Assembly: GCF_018977255.1 (NCBI RefSeq)
Contig: NW_024704742.1
Location: 7,318,001-7,382,000, forward strand
Origin: Callorhinchus milii
Taxonomy: Eukaryota
DNA length: 64,000 nt
Direction of reading: 5' to 3'
The notes under the pieces are model-generated. The model had not been told where the DNA came from. It ran no database searches and saw nothing but the letters and a program-made list of their open reading frames with translations. The translations under genes and the position numbers were made by a program. Positions 50,999 to 63,185 of this stretch are shown here, piece after piece (within the stretch, counting starts at the first letter, position 1; every line of letters starts with the position of its first letter).

Positions 50999-51880
50999 TA
51001 ACAACAACCACAAAATGACATTTGTATCACGCCTTTCACATCAGGAGGACGTCCCAAGGCGCTGGACAGACAGAGCTACGAACCCGAGCTGAGGTTCGGG
51101 GTGGGGGAGGAGGGAGGGCAGGGGGGAAAGCAGGGAGATCGAAAACACGGTCAAAGAGGAGGGTCTTGAGGTGGGTCTTGAAGATGGCGAGGGAGGGGGC
51201 GAGATGGATGAAGTTTCAGAGGGGGGCACAGAGTGGCGGAAGGCCCACCTGCCAATAATGGGGCGAGTGAGGTGGGGGATGTGAAGCAGGCCAGAGCCCG
51301 CTGAGTGGAGGGAGTGAGCAGGATGGTAGGGGGTTAGAAAGTCGCAGAGGTAGGGGGGAGGAGGAACGTGGAAGGCTTTGAAGGTGAGGACCAGGGTCTT
51401 GAACTGTATCCTCTGTGTGATGGGAAGCCAGTGGAGTTGGGCAAGGATGGGGTGTTAGGGTTGTGGAGTCTAGTGCGGGAGAGGACACGGGCTGCAGAGT
51501 TCTGGATGACGTTCAACTGAAGGACTTGATGTCCGACAGACATTCTGTCAGCACAGCAGTGGTCCTGGAATCAAGGGTGGAGGCAGAGAGGTAGAGTTGG
51601 GTGTCATCCGCATACATGTGGAAGTTGACCTCATGTCTGCAGATGATGTCACCAAGAGGGAGCATTTCGATGTTGAAGAGAAGGCGACCAAGGACAGAGC
51701 CCTGAGGAACGCCGCACAAAACGGTCTGGGGGCTGGAGGAGAAGCCGTTTGAGGAGATGAAGTGCAGGCGGTGTGAGAGGTACAATCTGAACCAATCAAG
51801 GACAGCATTGTGGAGATTGGGATGAGAGGAGATGTGGTGAATGAGGAGAGAGTGGTCGATGGTGTCGAAAGCAGCAGAGA
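50999..51880 (-). mobile_element. L2 LINE reverse transcriptase relic with an internal deletion
   Basis: SAAFDTIDH...[24 protein letters not shown]...[11 protein letters not shown] (RT motifs), then VIQNSAARVLSRT, 3' UTR and tail. Confidence 0.92.
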
Positions 51881-52949
51881 ATAAGTGTCATCTGGCAGCG
51901 GGAGATGTTCACCTACAAAATACACTTTACAGTATATCATGTGAAGTGCTCATGATTTGAGAGGTCCTCATGATGTCAACTGTAAGGATTATTATTATGT
52001 TTATTAGGATGATAATGCTGGACCTTTCGCAGCAACAGAACCGTACACCATCACAAACAATAACACCATGGCTATGTCACGTCCCTCACTCTCCCATCAC
52101 AGGATAGCCTGGCTACGTTGACTCATTGAGTGGCCTCTCCCCACACCACACCAGTTAAGCTGTCAGATGAAGGAGAGATAATGGAGAGTTGGGGAACCAT
52201 CCCTTCAATGGCTCTTCATCTCCACAGGAGCGGAGAGGAGACCTCAGATGGCAGAAAGAACAACTTAAATATAAACTGTTTTCATAAACCAAGGCAGTGT
52301 ATGACCAACTAATTTCTAATCCTGTTCTGTGAACTGATTTTAACTAAAGTAATAATAATAATAATTCTTACCTTCGATATAGCCCCTTATCACGTCTTCG
52401 AGACGTCTCAAAGTGCTTCTCACAATCGACTGTAAAGTGAATTGACTATATTTTGTGGGCGATGGGTCTAAATTCCCAACTCTCTTCTGAAACGCTTGAT
52501 TCCTTGACCTTAAAACATCTGAAGTGAACTTCCTGGAGCCCCAGCTATCTGATTGAGCAGCGTTTCCTCTCTTTCATTACCCGGCTCCAGGAGTCATCAC
52601 AGAGCCAGCCTGCTTTTCTTTAGTTATTAGTGATCTTGGCAAAGCGTAAGCAGCACCGTTCATCATAAAGTGGGTCAGCAGCTCTTTCCAACCCAAGTGA
52701 TTCAGCAGACCACACTCGCGAGAAGCAGCAGGTCTCGGAGATCAGAGGAGGCTGCTCCCGACCCGAGACAGGAGTCAAATCTCGATTGATTGACGGCTGG
52801 AGCGGAGCCACTTATGATTTGCTGGAGAGCCCAATCATTCACAAACGGCTCCAAGGCTGTCAATCACCTTGGAGCCGTCGCTAATCGGTCCCCTTCCCAT
52901 CCAGTGGGAGGGCAGAGTTTCCGCCACCGCCCTTCTGCTGGGCGGGAAG

Positions 52950-53040
52950 ATGTAATGGAACTTTGGTTAACATCGGACGCCGCTTAAGCCGGACGCAAGG
53001 GCCGGCCCCGATGTGTCGGGCTTAACGTGCTTCCACTGTA
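52950..53040 (-). mobile_element. Tigger/pogo-type (Tc1/mariner superfamily) DNA transposon terminus
   Basis: Minus strand reads TA|cagtggaagcacgttaagcccgacacatcggggccggcccttgcgtccggcttaagcgg: a CAGTGG TIR after a TA target, with repeated ccggcttaa-type subterminal motifs. Confidence 0.65.
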
Positions 53041-54449
53041 CGTGTTGATTGACAAGAAATATGTACTATATGTATATTTATATTGGACAGTCACTGTTTT
53101 GAGTTTTCCTTTTGCAGTTTGTAAAGTCAGCCGAAGCCGAAGGTAGGTTTACTGATTGTAACTTCACCGAGAGGCATGTGCGCACACATACCCATGAGGG
53201 GTAAAATCTGCAGCATTTTATGAAATATTTTGTGATAATGTTACAAGGAATGTTTTCTTAGCTCTGTGGATTACTTCTCATTCTTTAATTGTCACGAGGC
53301 TTCACTCACCTGTCAGTTAACGTTCCTTAACAGTGCAATGGAAACTCGGGACGCCAGCTGGTTTCTCCCCCACACCCCAATGTCCGTCGGGGTCAAACCT
53401 GCCTTGATGGAGACAGATATTTATTTTAAAATTTGCAGGGAACTTTAATTGATTTTAGTGCATGATATTGAAACCCCACTATTTGACCCAAATATTGAGT
53501 TTTAGGGCACAAATTCCCTCTGATTCTTAGGAGCCGAGGATCACATTGAGGAAGGGGGTGAGAATCTGCCTCTATGGTTGAACATTTGAAAAGCAGCCTT
53601 GATGCTGTGATGGAAGGACGTAAGGCAGGCATTCTGGAGAGATGATGATAATAATAATAATAATAATCAGATCAAATGTGCTAAAAGGCCTTCTTCGACA
53701 ACAACAACAAATGACATTTACACCATGCTTTTCATGGCAGGAAGACGTCCCAAGGCGCTGGACAGTCAGGGATTTGGATCCAAGATGATCTTGTGAATAC
53801 CCTGTCAATACTCAGTAACTTAGCTCACACATGAAAAATAGCCACTTGGGCAGAGGACGAGAGGGTTACTGATGGCTGTAGGAGCCTGTCTCTGGGGAAG
53901 AAACGGGGGAGAGAACAAAGAATCAATTTATTGAGCTTAACATTCTTCTCTTCAGCACAAAAAAGGCCCGAACTTGTGAAACTTTTTAATTTTGTGCCAA
54001 GAAAACAATAAAGCTGTTTCAACCTTGAATCCGATACTTCTAAGAGATTAATTATGAAGCTGCCGATCCCAGTCTTACCAGAGCAAGAGAAAGCTGAAGT
54101 GAAAGACAGCAGAAAGTGCCTGTAGCATATACAGCAATATTCTTGAGAGAGATGCTTTGTTTGAGATTGAACTCGCCTCGCAAAAACAATGACCCAATCT
54201 GTTTTTAAATAGAGAACTCTATTTTAAGATGAACCAACTTTTCCACCCGAATTGGGGTCACTGTACACCTGTTGGCGAGGACGTTTTGAGCAGTGACATG
54301 TGAATGTGGTTCGGGAATGCGGGCAGGCTCCTTGTGCAAAACCTCCCTCCATCCTCTCCCTTTTAAGTCAAACCAATTTATAAAGCACTTTCACCTGTAT
54401 GAAAATTTGTTAAAAATGCTTTACGGAATGAGAATAATTACAAATGAAT

Positions 54450-54832
54450 TACACAGAATCTACAGCTCCGAAGCAGACCATTTAGCTCAACTAGACGTGC
54501 CGATGTTTGTACTTCACACCAGTCTCCACCCCTCCTATTCCCCTTTCCCACACCCCTGTATTCGCTTCTCCCTTATGTGTGTATCAAGTTCCCTTGAATG
54601 TATTGCGGCTTTCTGCTTTAACCACAACTTCTGACACTTGAGTCCTACATTCTCACCACGATCTGCTTAAAAAGGTTTGTCCTAAGCTCTCTCTGACATC
54701 TCCTAAGATCTTGGGACGTCCTCCTGATGTGAAAGGCGCTATACAAATGTAATTTTTTGTTGTTGTTGCTGCTGGTGGCTCGCTTACATTTCTGCCCTCT
54801 TGTTTTGAGCTCGCCAACAAGTGGGAAAAGTG
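54450..54832 (-). mobile_element. CR1 LINE 3' relic split by a plus-strand L2 tail (about 54705-54770)
   Basis: Remnants LFPLVGELKTRGQKCK and ELRTNLFKQIVVRM either side of ttgggacgtcctcctgatgtgaaaggcgc...(ttg)n. Confidence 0.75.
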
Positions 54833-55067
54833 AAGTGCTATTGCAATGTAGGTACACACAGCTAATTTGTGCCAGCAATATCATGCAAACTACTCAATGA
54901 GCAGTTTAATAATTAGAATTTGGGGAGGGAAATTGTAGGTGAGGGGAGGGAGTATCAGCCAGGATAATCGGAAGAGAAATGTGTGTTTTTTTAAATCGCA
55001 ACATAAAGGATGGGGGGGCGAGGGAGTTCACTCTCAAGATTTTCAGATGGAGGTGAATGTTACGTCA

Positions 55068-55192
55068 AGATATTAAGGGATGCGGGGCAAGGGCAGGTAA
55101 CTGGACTTGAGGTGTAGCTCAGTTATGATCTTTCAAATGGCGGAACAGGCTTGAGAGGCTGAATAGCCTACTCCTGTTTCTATGTCTATGTA
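55068..55192 (+). mobile_element. CR1-type (HER1-like) 3' end
   Basis: gatattaagggatgcggggcaagggcagg...caggcttgagaggctgaatagcctactcctgtttctatgtctatg. Confidence 0.7.
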
Positions 55193-58079
55193 TCTAAGTA
55201 GCCCAGCATGAGTTACTGCCTTCAGGAGAATTTGGGGTTGAACAGAAGGCTGATCACCTGAGCCCTTTGTTTCTTTGTGTGTTCTGTTGCCTATTTACTG
55301 CACGAGCTGTTGTATTGCTATCGGCGTGACACTCTATGATTGAAGTGCGTGTGCAACAGATGAATTTCGAGCATATAGTGATATCCTAATGTACCACAGA
55401 CAGTAACCACAGGAGTACTTGAGAGGTCCTGAACAGATGGCACAACAGGGCAGTGCATGTTGACTACTACATTCTGTGTCGAGGCCCCAAGGCACAGCTC
55501 GTGCTTCATTGCTTCAGCTGCTTCAGAATTGTGAGATTCCCCCCACTCTGCCCCTCTCACCCCCTCTAGGGTATCTCAGAGCTGCTGTGGAACTATATCT
55601 CAGCATATTTCAGCATTTTCAGAAGAAAAGAGGAGAAAATTGATCAACTTCTAATAGTTTTCCCATCAGTAATAATAATTATAATCCTTGCATTTGAGAT
55701 AACGCCTTATCACATCATCGTCAAGGCGTCCTAAAGCCCTTCACAGAATATACCGCAAAGTGAATTGACTATATTTTGTGGGTCAACACCCTGCCCGGGC
55801 CAACCCTGACACATACAGCCTGTCCCTCACACCCTGACACACACAGTCTGTCCCATCAACACCTTGACATTGCGGTGCTCAGAAAGTCTACAAGACATGT
55901 TTCATTGTCCCTGCACTATGGAAGTTATGGTTGAAGTTGTAATCTGTCTTCCCCTCCACCCTCCCCACCCCGCCCCTCGAAACACCACTCAGAAAACCAT
56001 TTCTGAAATGATGAATTGTACACAGATAAACCTTCCCAGTATGTGTGCGCGAACAGAGACCTGGGTTGCAGCTCCCAGCACTGACCTCTGTAGACACTGG
56101 GCATCCTTATGGCCGTGTGTAAGTACAGAGCATTAGCAAGTCGGCGGTCGGTATTAACGAAGGTTCTTTCCAAAAAAAACCTCATTTGCAAGCTTCATTT
56201 TCACTCAAAAGAATCCTGCAGGTTTGGCCAGAGATTCTCACTGTTTCAATCACTGAACCCGTTGCTGTGTGAGGACAATAGTTCGGAGCAGATAATTGCA
56301 GGTGGTGTAACCAGAGTTGGGTGCCACAGGAATGACTGAGCTTGTGCTGACTGCACGTGGAACCTGTTCAGATTTGGTTTGAATGTGCTTTTGTCGAATT
56401 CCTGACCGCTACAAAACCTGGTATTTTTGTGTGTTGCCTGCAATTTATTACAGAGGAATGCAGTGCAGAATAGCAAAGGCTGCCCAGCCCAGCCTGACAA
56501 GCTTGTTCGAACCAGCAAGCCAAGAGCCAAGAGTATTCTAATCAATGGGAGTTAGGTCAATCCAACCTTTTGTCTTCGACGAAACCAGTTTTATTAAAAT
56601 CCTGATCTCTGCACTTTTCGTTGACAGTTTTTCTTTCTCCTGAAAGTGTTTGACTTGTTTTTCTCCTCAATTGGAGGGAGTGCAGTTCTACAGGTTCCAG
56701 TTACCTTGCTCAACCGGCTACAATGTGAACCTGGATAGTGAGTCTCGGCAGGTTATATGACTGACAGAAACTGTTCTTGCCCAGGTACACAGATCTCTTA
56801 TCAGGGGATCAGCTGACAAAGATATGTACTGGAGACACTGATTGATTTTAGTCCATATAACCTTGAGGTACTACAGTTAATTGTAACAATTATTGTTCTA
56901 ATAATAATCCTTGCATTTGATATAGCGCCTTATCACATCTTTGAAAGTGAGGACAAGGATCTGGAATTCAATCTTCTGGGGGAAGGGAAGCCAGTGGAAA
57001 ACATAAAGCATTTGTGGTCTAAACCCAGATGCGATGGGAAATGATAATACTTGGGTTCTGCTCTGGCTGAATACCTGAGTATTCTGAGTATACTGAATAA
57101 CTCAATCACACAGTATGTTGTTGGTTGTTCTATCAGTCAGTACATTACTCTTCATGAACCTCTTTCGACTGTAATCCCAACGGAAAATGAAGGATTTAGT
57201 GCAGAGTTTTCCTTGATTTTAACAGGGTGAAATTGAGGTCTTGAGTATTTCCACATTTTAAATTCAAATCAATTGGATTTGAAATCAAGTTGTTGAGAAC
57301 TGTTGAATTTCCTGGAAAAAAATCAATAATAGATTACAGCGTTTTATAAAGCATCAATTGCCAGTAAAGAGGCCGTGAAAAGCTATATGATATTGCAACC
57401 TTTGCGCTGCCTTTACTGTGCTGTGTATCCTGGACTGAATTGGTCCCAAATTCATTTGCATTTGAATTTCCGAATTTGAATCGCAAAATAGAGAATGCAG
57501 ATGGCTGGCTAGGAGTGGTTACACGAGGGAGACGCTCGCTCGTTCTCTCTCTCTCTCTCTCAGCCATGGGAGCCTAGCTCTTGTTTGCTTTATGGTTGTC
57601 ATTTGAACCTCAAGATGAGATTACAGCTGACTACATCCTTTATAATGGGTGCTGTGAAATTTAGACGTTGCTTTTATTCAGTTCGGAGTCTGGTTTTGTT
57701 AGTCGGCTCTCCATGGCAGACGCCAGCAACTAGTGCACTCCGCTATCTGCTCACGATGAAGGTTTGCACTGACAGAAGTTGGATTGACAGCCGCCTCGGG
57801 TTTAGTGAATCGAAACTCACCTGTTAATAGACATGACAAACCATGTAAATTCTCAAATGCAAAATACGCTCTCTGTAATGTCACCCAAGTGTTAAAACGT
57901 GGAGGCAGGGGAAAGAATGTGACATGATAATTATCGCAAGCCAAATTCCTTCTCTCTGTTCCCTCTCCCCCTCCCTCCCTCCCTCCCTCCCTACCCCCTC
58001 TCCACCACAACTGAACTATAGTAAATTCAAGAAAGGTTTTAGACCACCATTCAGTTTATGGTGACCTCGGCCAATCTTT

Positions 58080-58317
58080 CCCCCCTCGGTATATAGTTGA
58101 AATACCTGGTGTGCGGCTGAGCTATACAGACGAGTGAAATTCCAGTTTGATCTGCATTCTGTGCTAAATTATCTGATATTAGCCAGGGCATCAGTGGATA
58201 CTGTACAGTTGACCTCAGATGCCCCTGATTTAGACAGGACAACAATCCATGTTTCTGAATCTGATCAGAATGCTGTGGCGCAAGACACCCCTGGCTATAG
58301 TCTGCATGTCTGCGTGC

Positions 58318-58348
<31 letters not shown>

Positions 58349-58470
58349 TGACGGCCTCAGGCTTGGCAATGTCCTGTCCCCCTGGTCGAATGGTCTGCCA
58401 GGGCTCTGTGTCTGGGCTCACACATGGACGTATGGATGCCTGGGGCCAAGGAAACCATATCCCAGGGTTA
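58080..58470 (+). mobile_element. Ancient SINE-like element (family B), near full length, with an expanded (GT)n
   Basis: ctgagctatacagac...ccagtttgatc...ctgtgctaaattatctgatattagccagggca...gacacccctgg...ggctcacacatgga. Confidence 0.65.
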
Positions 58471-59949
58471 GTGACTCTTATGAAGCGAAAAGAAAATTTC
58501 GGAGCAATGCAAAACAAATCCAGTGAGACAAAGAGAGGATAAAGACAAGTGCTGCCTGGTAATTTAATTTTCTTCTTCTACTCACTGCTGGTCTGTTTCT
58601 GTCAATGAGATAACATTTCTGCTCCTGCTAGTCTATCACCCGTCTGCCTTGAGTCTTAGAACCGGTTAAATACTGTGCAGCATATGGTATCTATCAGTTA
58701 GACTACTCTACCAGATATCTTTGAACTGCACTAATTACGCTATTGTATAACTATTCGGGGGGAGAGAAGTTAACGTAAGCTGTAATTTTATACCTTTTCT
58801 CAATAAAAGATAACGTGGTGGTTGGAGGTGGGGGAGGGGGAAGGAAGTGGGGTAAGATATAGCCGGTAATTATACTGTTGTAATTGGATTTGTTCTGTGG
58901 CGAGCACAGGGAGCCAAGTCCCTGGTGGGATGTTCGCCTTGCCTTGGGACGTTCTGTGGCTGGAGACATTCCTAAAATGACCCAGGGTCCCAGTCAGAAT
59001 CCAGGAAATATATTTGGATAATTATTAAGGAGAAGTATGTGAAAATTCATCAATCAAAGAAGCCAGCACACTGATCCCTTTTGAATCTAGAAATTGATGT
59101 TGGTAATGAAAAAAATCACAGCACTGATGTAGAGGGCACAGAGCTGTAAGCTACCTATGACTGTGTCTGCTCAGCTTCAGACAGCCATGGGAACTCTTCT
59201 CAAATGAATAGACGTTTTATCACAATAAAGCACNTTTTTTTCTCTCCCTTAGGCACCGTTATGCGCACTGGGTAAGGAGACATCTCCCACTTCCTGTAAT
59301 AAATGGGATTGTCCGGTAATAAAGGAATGCTGTTGGTTTTGAGAGAGGGGTCTTACTCCATGTGCTGAAAGTGTACAAGAAGCCTTCTATGAAATTCAGT
59401 ACGTAAACCAAGCCCAGAGGCCTGACTTTAGTGCTGCTCTGTGCTGTGCTGATCAATTGCGAAGTACATATGCAGGTTTTAGTATTGCTTGGCAAGAGGC
59501 TGCAAAATTGTTTCTCAATCTCAAATGAACGAAACCGCCTCTGCAAAGCCCTCACAATGTTAGCAACTGGGTGTTCCAAAATTGCTTTTAATCCTCAAGA
59601 AATGAGCGATTTCAAGACCGTAAACTAATCTCAGGGTTCAGGTGATGCTCATTAGCTGCTTGGGTTTTATGTCTTGGGAGAATTCGCTATCACGTGATTG
59701 CTGCTTTGTTATTAATGCTGCATTTGTCAATAGCTGTCCACAGCAGGGGAATGCATGTATCTCAGTTCTCACCGTGAGCTCTCTCCCATTCCCCCACCCC
59801 CTCCCCACCCCTCACAGGCTCTCGTGCAATTGGTTTTGTTGTTGCTGTATGTGTGAAGATTAGTGATGTCATTGCTCCTGGGTACTTGTCTCACAGAGCA
59901 ATAGAGGAGATGCAATCTGTCTCTTGTTCCTGGACCACTACCTCCTCGA

Positions 59950-60172
59950 GGATTGTTGGCCAGGACGTCAGGAGAAACTTCCTGCTCTTTTCGAATAGTT
60001 CCTTGGGTTCTTTAAAAGTCACCTGAAGAGGCCGGTGGGACATTGGTTTAACATCTCATCCCAAAGGACAGCACCTCCGACAACACACTACACTCCCAGC
60101 ACTACATTGTAGTGGCAGCCTAACTATTAGTTCCAAGTCGTGATGTGGGGTTTGAACCCACAAACTTTCGAG
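59950..60172 (-). mobile_element. Old Deu-family SINE, 5' half
   Basis: gttggccaggac...aaggacagcacctccgacaa...gtggggtttgaacccaca. Confidence 0.75.
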
Positions 60173-61511
60173 GTCAGGGGAAGGGATGAGGGACTGTGAT
60201 TGGCAGATTGAGCTGCCATTCAGTCAGCGGGTGGGCTGTGGGCGGTTGTAAACAATCGTTTTGGGTTGACTTTGGTCGACCTCAAAGTGATTGGGGGTTG
60301 TAAAAGCCTTCCTCACTCTCCCCCCCCCCCCCACTCCTCCATTGGCTATCAAGCAAGTCAGGCTCACACCATCTGGAGGTTGACGCAGAATCCTGATAGA
60401 TGTTAATATGGGACTAGACAGATATTTGAAAAAATATAAGAAAGGGCAGAGAAGTAGGACTGTATGGATTGCTCTTTCAGTGAGGTGGCATTGACACAAT
60501 GGGCTGAATGGCCTTCTTCTGTTGGACATGATTCTATCTCGCCCATCCTATAGTTCTGATAGTGGTTTTATTGAAGACTCCCATTTAAAACTGCTACAGC
60601 CTCAGACTTTGTCTGAGCAGGACTCTGGGTGGCGCCCATATCTTGGCCGGGTGCAGGTGTCAGCTCTGTAATGGGAGAATTACCGTGAGTGTGGCCTGTG
60701 AAGGGTTACTGTTACTGTGAAGCTTCCTTTTAAAATGTCATCAAAGGAATGAACGAACTAGGAATCCATTTGTGGAATGCAGCTAAATGTGGTGAAGGGA
60801 ACAGTATTAAGGAACAGTATATTGTGATTGTGGCTCCGGTGGGCGCTTCAAGATTTACCGCCAGCAAAAGCCGAGGGACTTAATTGTTGTAACAGTTTAG
60901 ATCTCATTTACAAAGTGTATACAAATACAGCGATGCATAAATCAAGTGGACTACGGCATGCAGCGAGCTAATATTCCGCTGGTATATTCAATGGAATCTG
61001 AATGAGGACCATTTCTCAGTTACGACACAAGATAGTGCCGCAGCTGGAGTGTCGTGGTTTTGAATATCCTCGTGGCTTAACTCTTTGTTTACATGGGGTT
61101 TGCCTTGCAGTCTTTCAAGTTCCGTGCAAGCGCATGCGTTGTACAGTTGCAATACAAAATAAACGTGCTGTTATTACCGTATCTAATATTTATTTTGAAG
61201 TGCAGCTGGTGCAGTCTCAGCACCCTTTGTGACTGAATTCTCCAGGGGTAAAAAATGTACAACAACAACACAACAACTTGCGTTTATACAGAGCCCGTCT
61301 CGCGAGGTAGGGTCCCGGAGCGCTGGAATGTGGCGGAGTCTGAGGGGGAGTGCGCAGTGGGGTAGGGGTGGGGGGTGGGGGGGTAATTGTAAAGTGCAGT
61401 GAAGGGGTTGCAGATGAATGGATGGTGGTTGGCGGGAGGTAAATTTACTACAGTGTAGTGTGTGTGGTGGGAGGAGGTGAATGCACAGTGAGTGCAATGA
61501 GGGAAATGAAT

Positions 61512-61603
61512 GGATTCCTGCAACTTCGTGGTTCGAGCGCTCGCCTCGCAAACGAGAGTCCTGGGTTCGATTCCCAGCAGGGCGAAGATGTTGGGCAAGT
61601 TTC
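61512..61603 (+). mobile_element. Isolated tRNA-Ala-derived SINE head
   Basis: ggattcctgcaacttcgtggttcgagcgctcgcctcgcaaacgagagtcctgggttcgattcccagcagggcgaa...gggcaagtttc. Confidence 0.8.
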
Positions 61604-62713
61604 ACAGTGCAGGGTGATAGGATAAGTTTGACCTATTGAAAGATGCAGGCACAGTACACCCAGTGCAACCCGCTAATTACTTCAGTGCCATGAAAAGATA
61701 TATTTATCTGTTAATGAGTCAAAATTGATGTGTGTTCCATTAAGAGGCTGCAATGCTTTGTAATCATGTGCAAGTGAGGGACTGGTATACTTTTATTGCT
61801 GAGTCTGCTTATTAAGGCATCTTAGATGCACAGTGTATTGGATTTATAAGCTCCCCCCACCATCACCACAGCTATAAAACAGGAATGAAAGGCACGATCG
61901 TAATTACTGATTGTCAGCGAGTTGGACGGCTCCAGGCAAAAGCAGAAGCAATTTGGGATGCAAAGGAATTGAGTTGCAGGCTTCATTCCTGTCTACCTAT
62001 GGGGTTGTGAGGAGGTCACCACTCAAGGGCCAACTGAGGTGAAAAAGGTATTCCCTTTTGATGTGTGCGTTAATCTCCATCCCGTCTATAAACACCAGTT
62101 CATGTTGCAACGACCAGCGAAGGCCAAGTGTGGATGTGTGAGCACCGTGCCAGTCCCGACGTTTAAGTAATGTCTGTCATTATGTCCTTGAAACTGGCAG
62201 TGGAAAATTGGAGGCTTTTGTATTGCTGAGTTTCCCATCCCCCTCCATTTGCATTTGGGTTTGATCGAGCCACAAGGCAGGCACGTGCTCCTTACACTCA
62301 ATTTTGAGATGCCTGGCACTGCAGAGTATCCCCGTACACTTACAGTGGGACATTCCAAAGTAAGATAAGATTGGCATTTCATGTTGATATTTTAAAGCTA
62401 TCTGATCTTTAAGCTAAAAGCTCGAATGAATACTTCTAATTCAAGGCCAGGTCTCTGATTTTCCAAATTTACTGCCTTCTACAATGTGAGATCAAAACAT
62501 GCATTGTAGTAAGTTGATCTCTATCAGTCACTCTCAGTATGCACTTGTATGTAAGATTGATGCGATCTCCAATTTCACTTTCAAAATGCCATTGGAGGTG
62601 AGTGGTGAACATGTAGTGAACAGCAGATCGAGGGAATATGCCATGTACTATTTACATGAATATTTTCAAACACTTTGACCCAGCGGTAGTGCACATTTCC
62701 TTATAATAGTGTT

Positions 62714-63185
62714 AATAATAATCCTCGTATTTGTTACAGTGCCTTATCATGTCTCAAAGGGAATGATTGTAAAGTGTAAGTACTGTGTATTTCGTAGACA
62801 AATGCAACAGCCAATTTGATATTGCGCCTTATCATGGCTTTGAGACGTCTCAAAGCGCTTCACAGAATATACTGTAAAGTGAATTGACTGTATATTTTGT
62901 AGGTGAAACGCAGCAGCCAATTACACTCAGCAGTGTCCCACAAACTGTCGTGGATTGTACCACTCTCGCCTCTGAGCCAGATGATCGTGGGTTCAAGGCC
63001 CATGTTGATGACTTTGAGCTCAGTCTTGGCTGATATTCCAATACAGTGTTTCTGCAGCTCCGAGGTCCAATCCGTCTGTTTAGGTGGACATTAAGATCCC
63101 ATGGCACTTTTCGAAAAATAGAAAGGAGTCTCTCTCCATATCCTGGCCAACAATCCCCCCAAAATAATAATAAATGGTCATTCGC
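62714..63185. mobile_element. SINE cluster: two minus-strand tails (62714-62957) abutting a plus-strand old Deu-SINE (62960-63185)
   Basis: ...cagtgtcccacaaactgtcgtggattg followed by ccactctcgcctctgagccagatgatcgtgggttcaagg. Confidence 0.7.

Noticed and set aside
51513..51785. Reverse transcriptase ORF as a retron, DGR or other novel RT system
   Set aside because: GVPQGSVLG and YADDTQLY followed by an L2 3' tail mark a truncated, internally deleted L2 LINE.
55785..55870. Short tandem units (caccctgacacacacagtctgtccc)
   Set aside because: Ordinary decayed minisatellite with no further structure.
59234..59234. Single N base
   Set aside because: Assembly ambiguity or gap marker, not biology, though it may hide missing sequence.
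7600..62960. Recurrent ~100-bp motif (gtgaagcgctttgagacgtc...atcaaatgcaagg) as a CRISPR-like array
   Set aside because: Copies are dispersed, occur on both strands and have no regular spacers; they are SINE/L2 3' tails.
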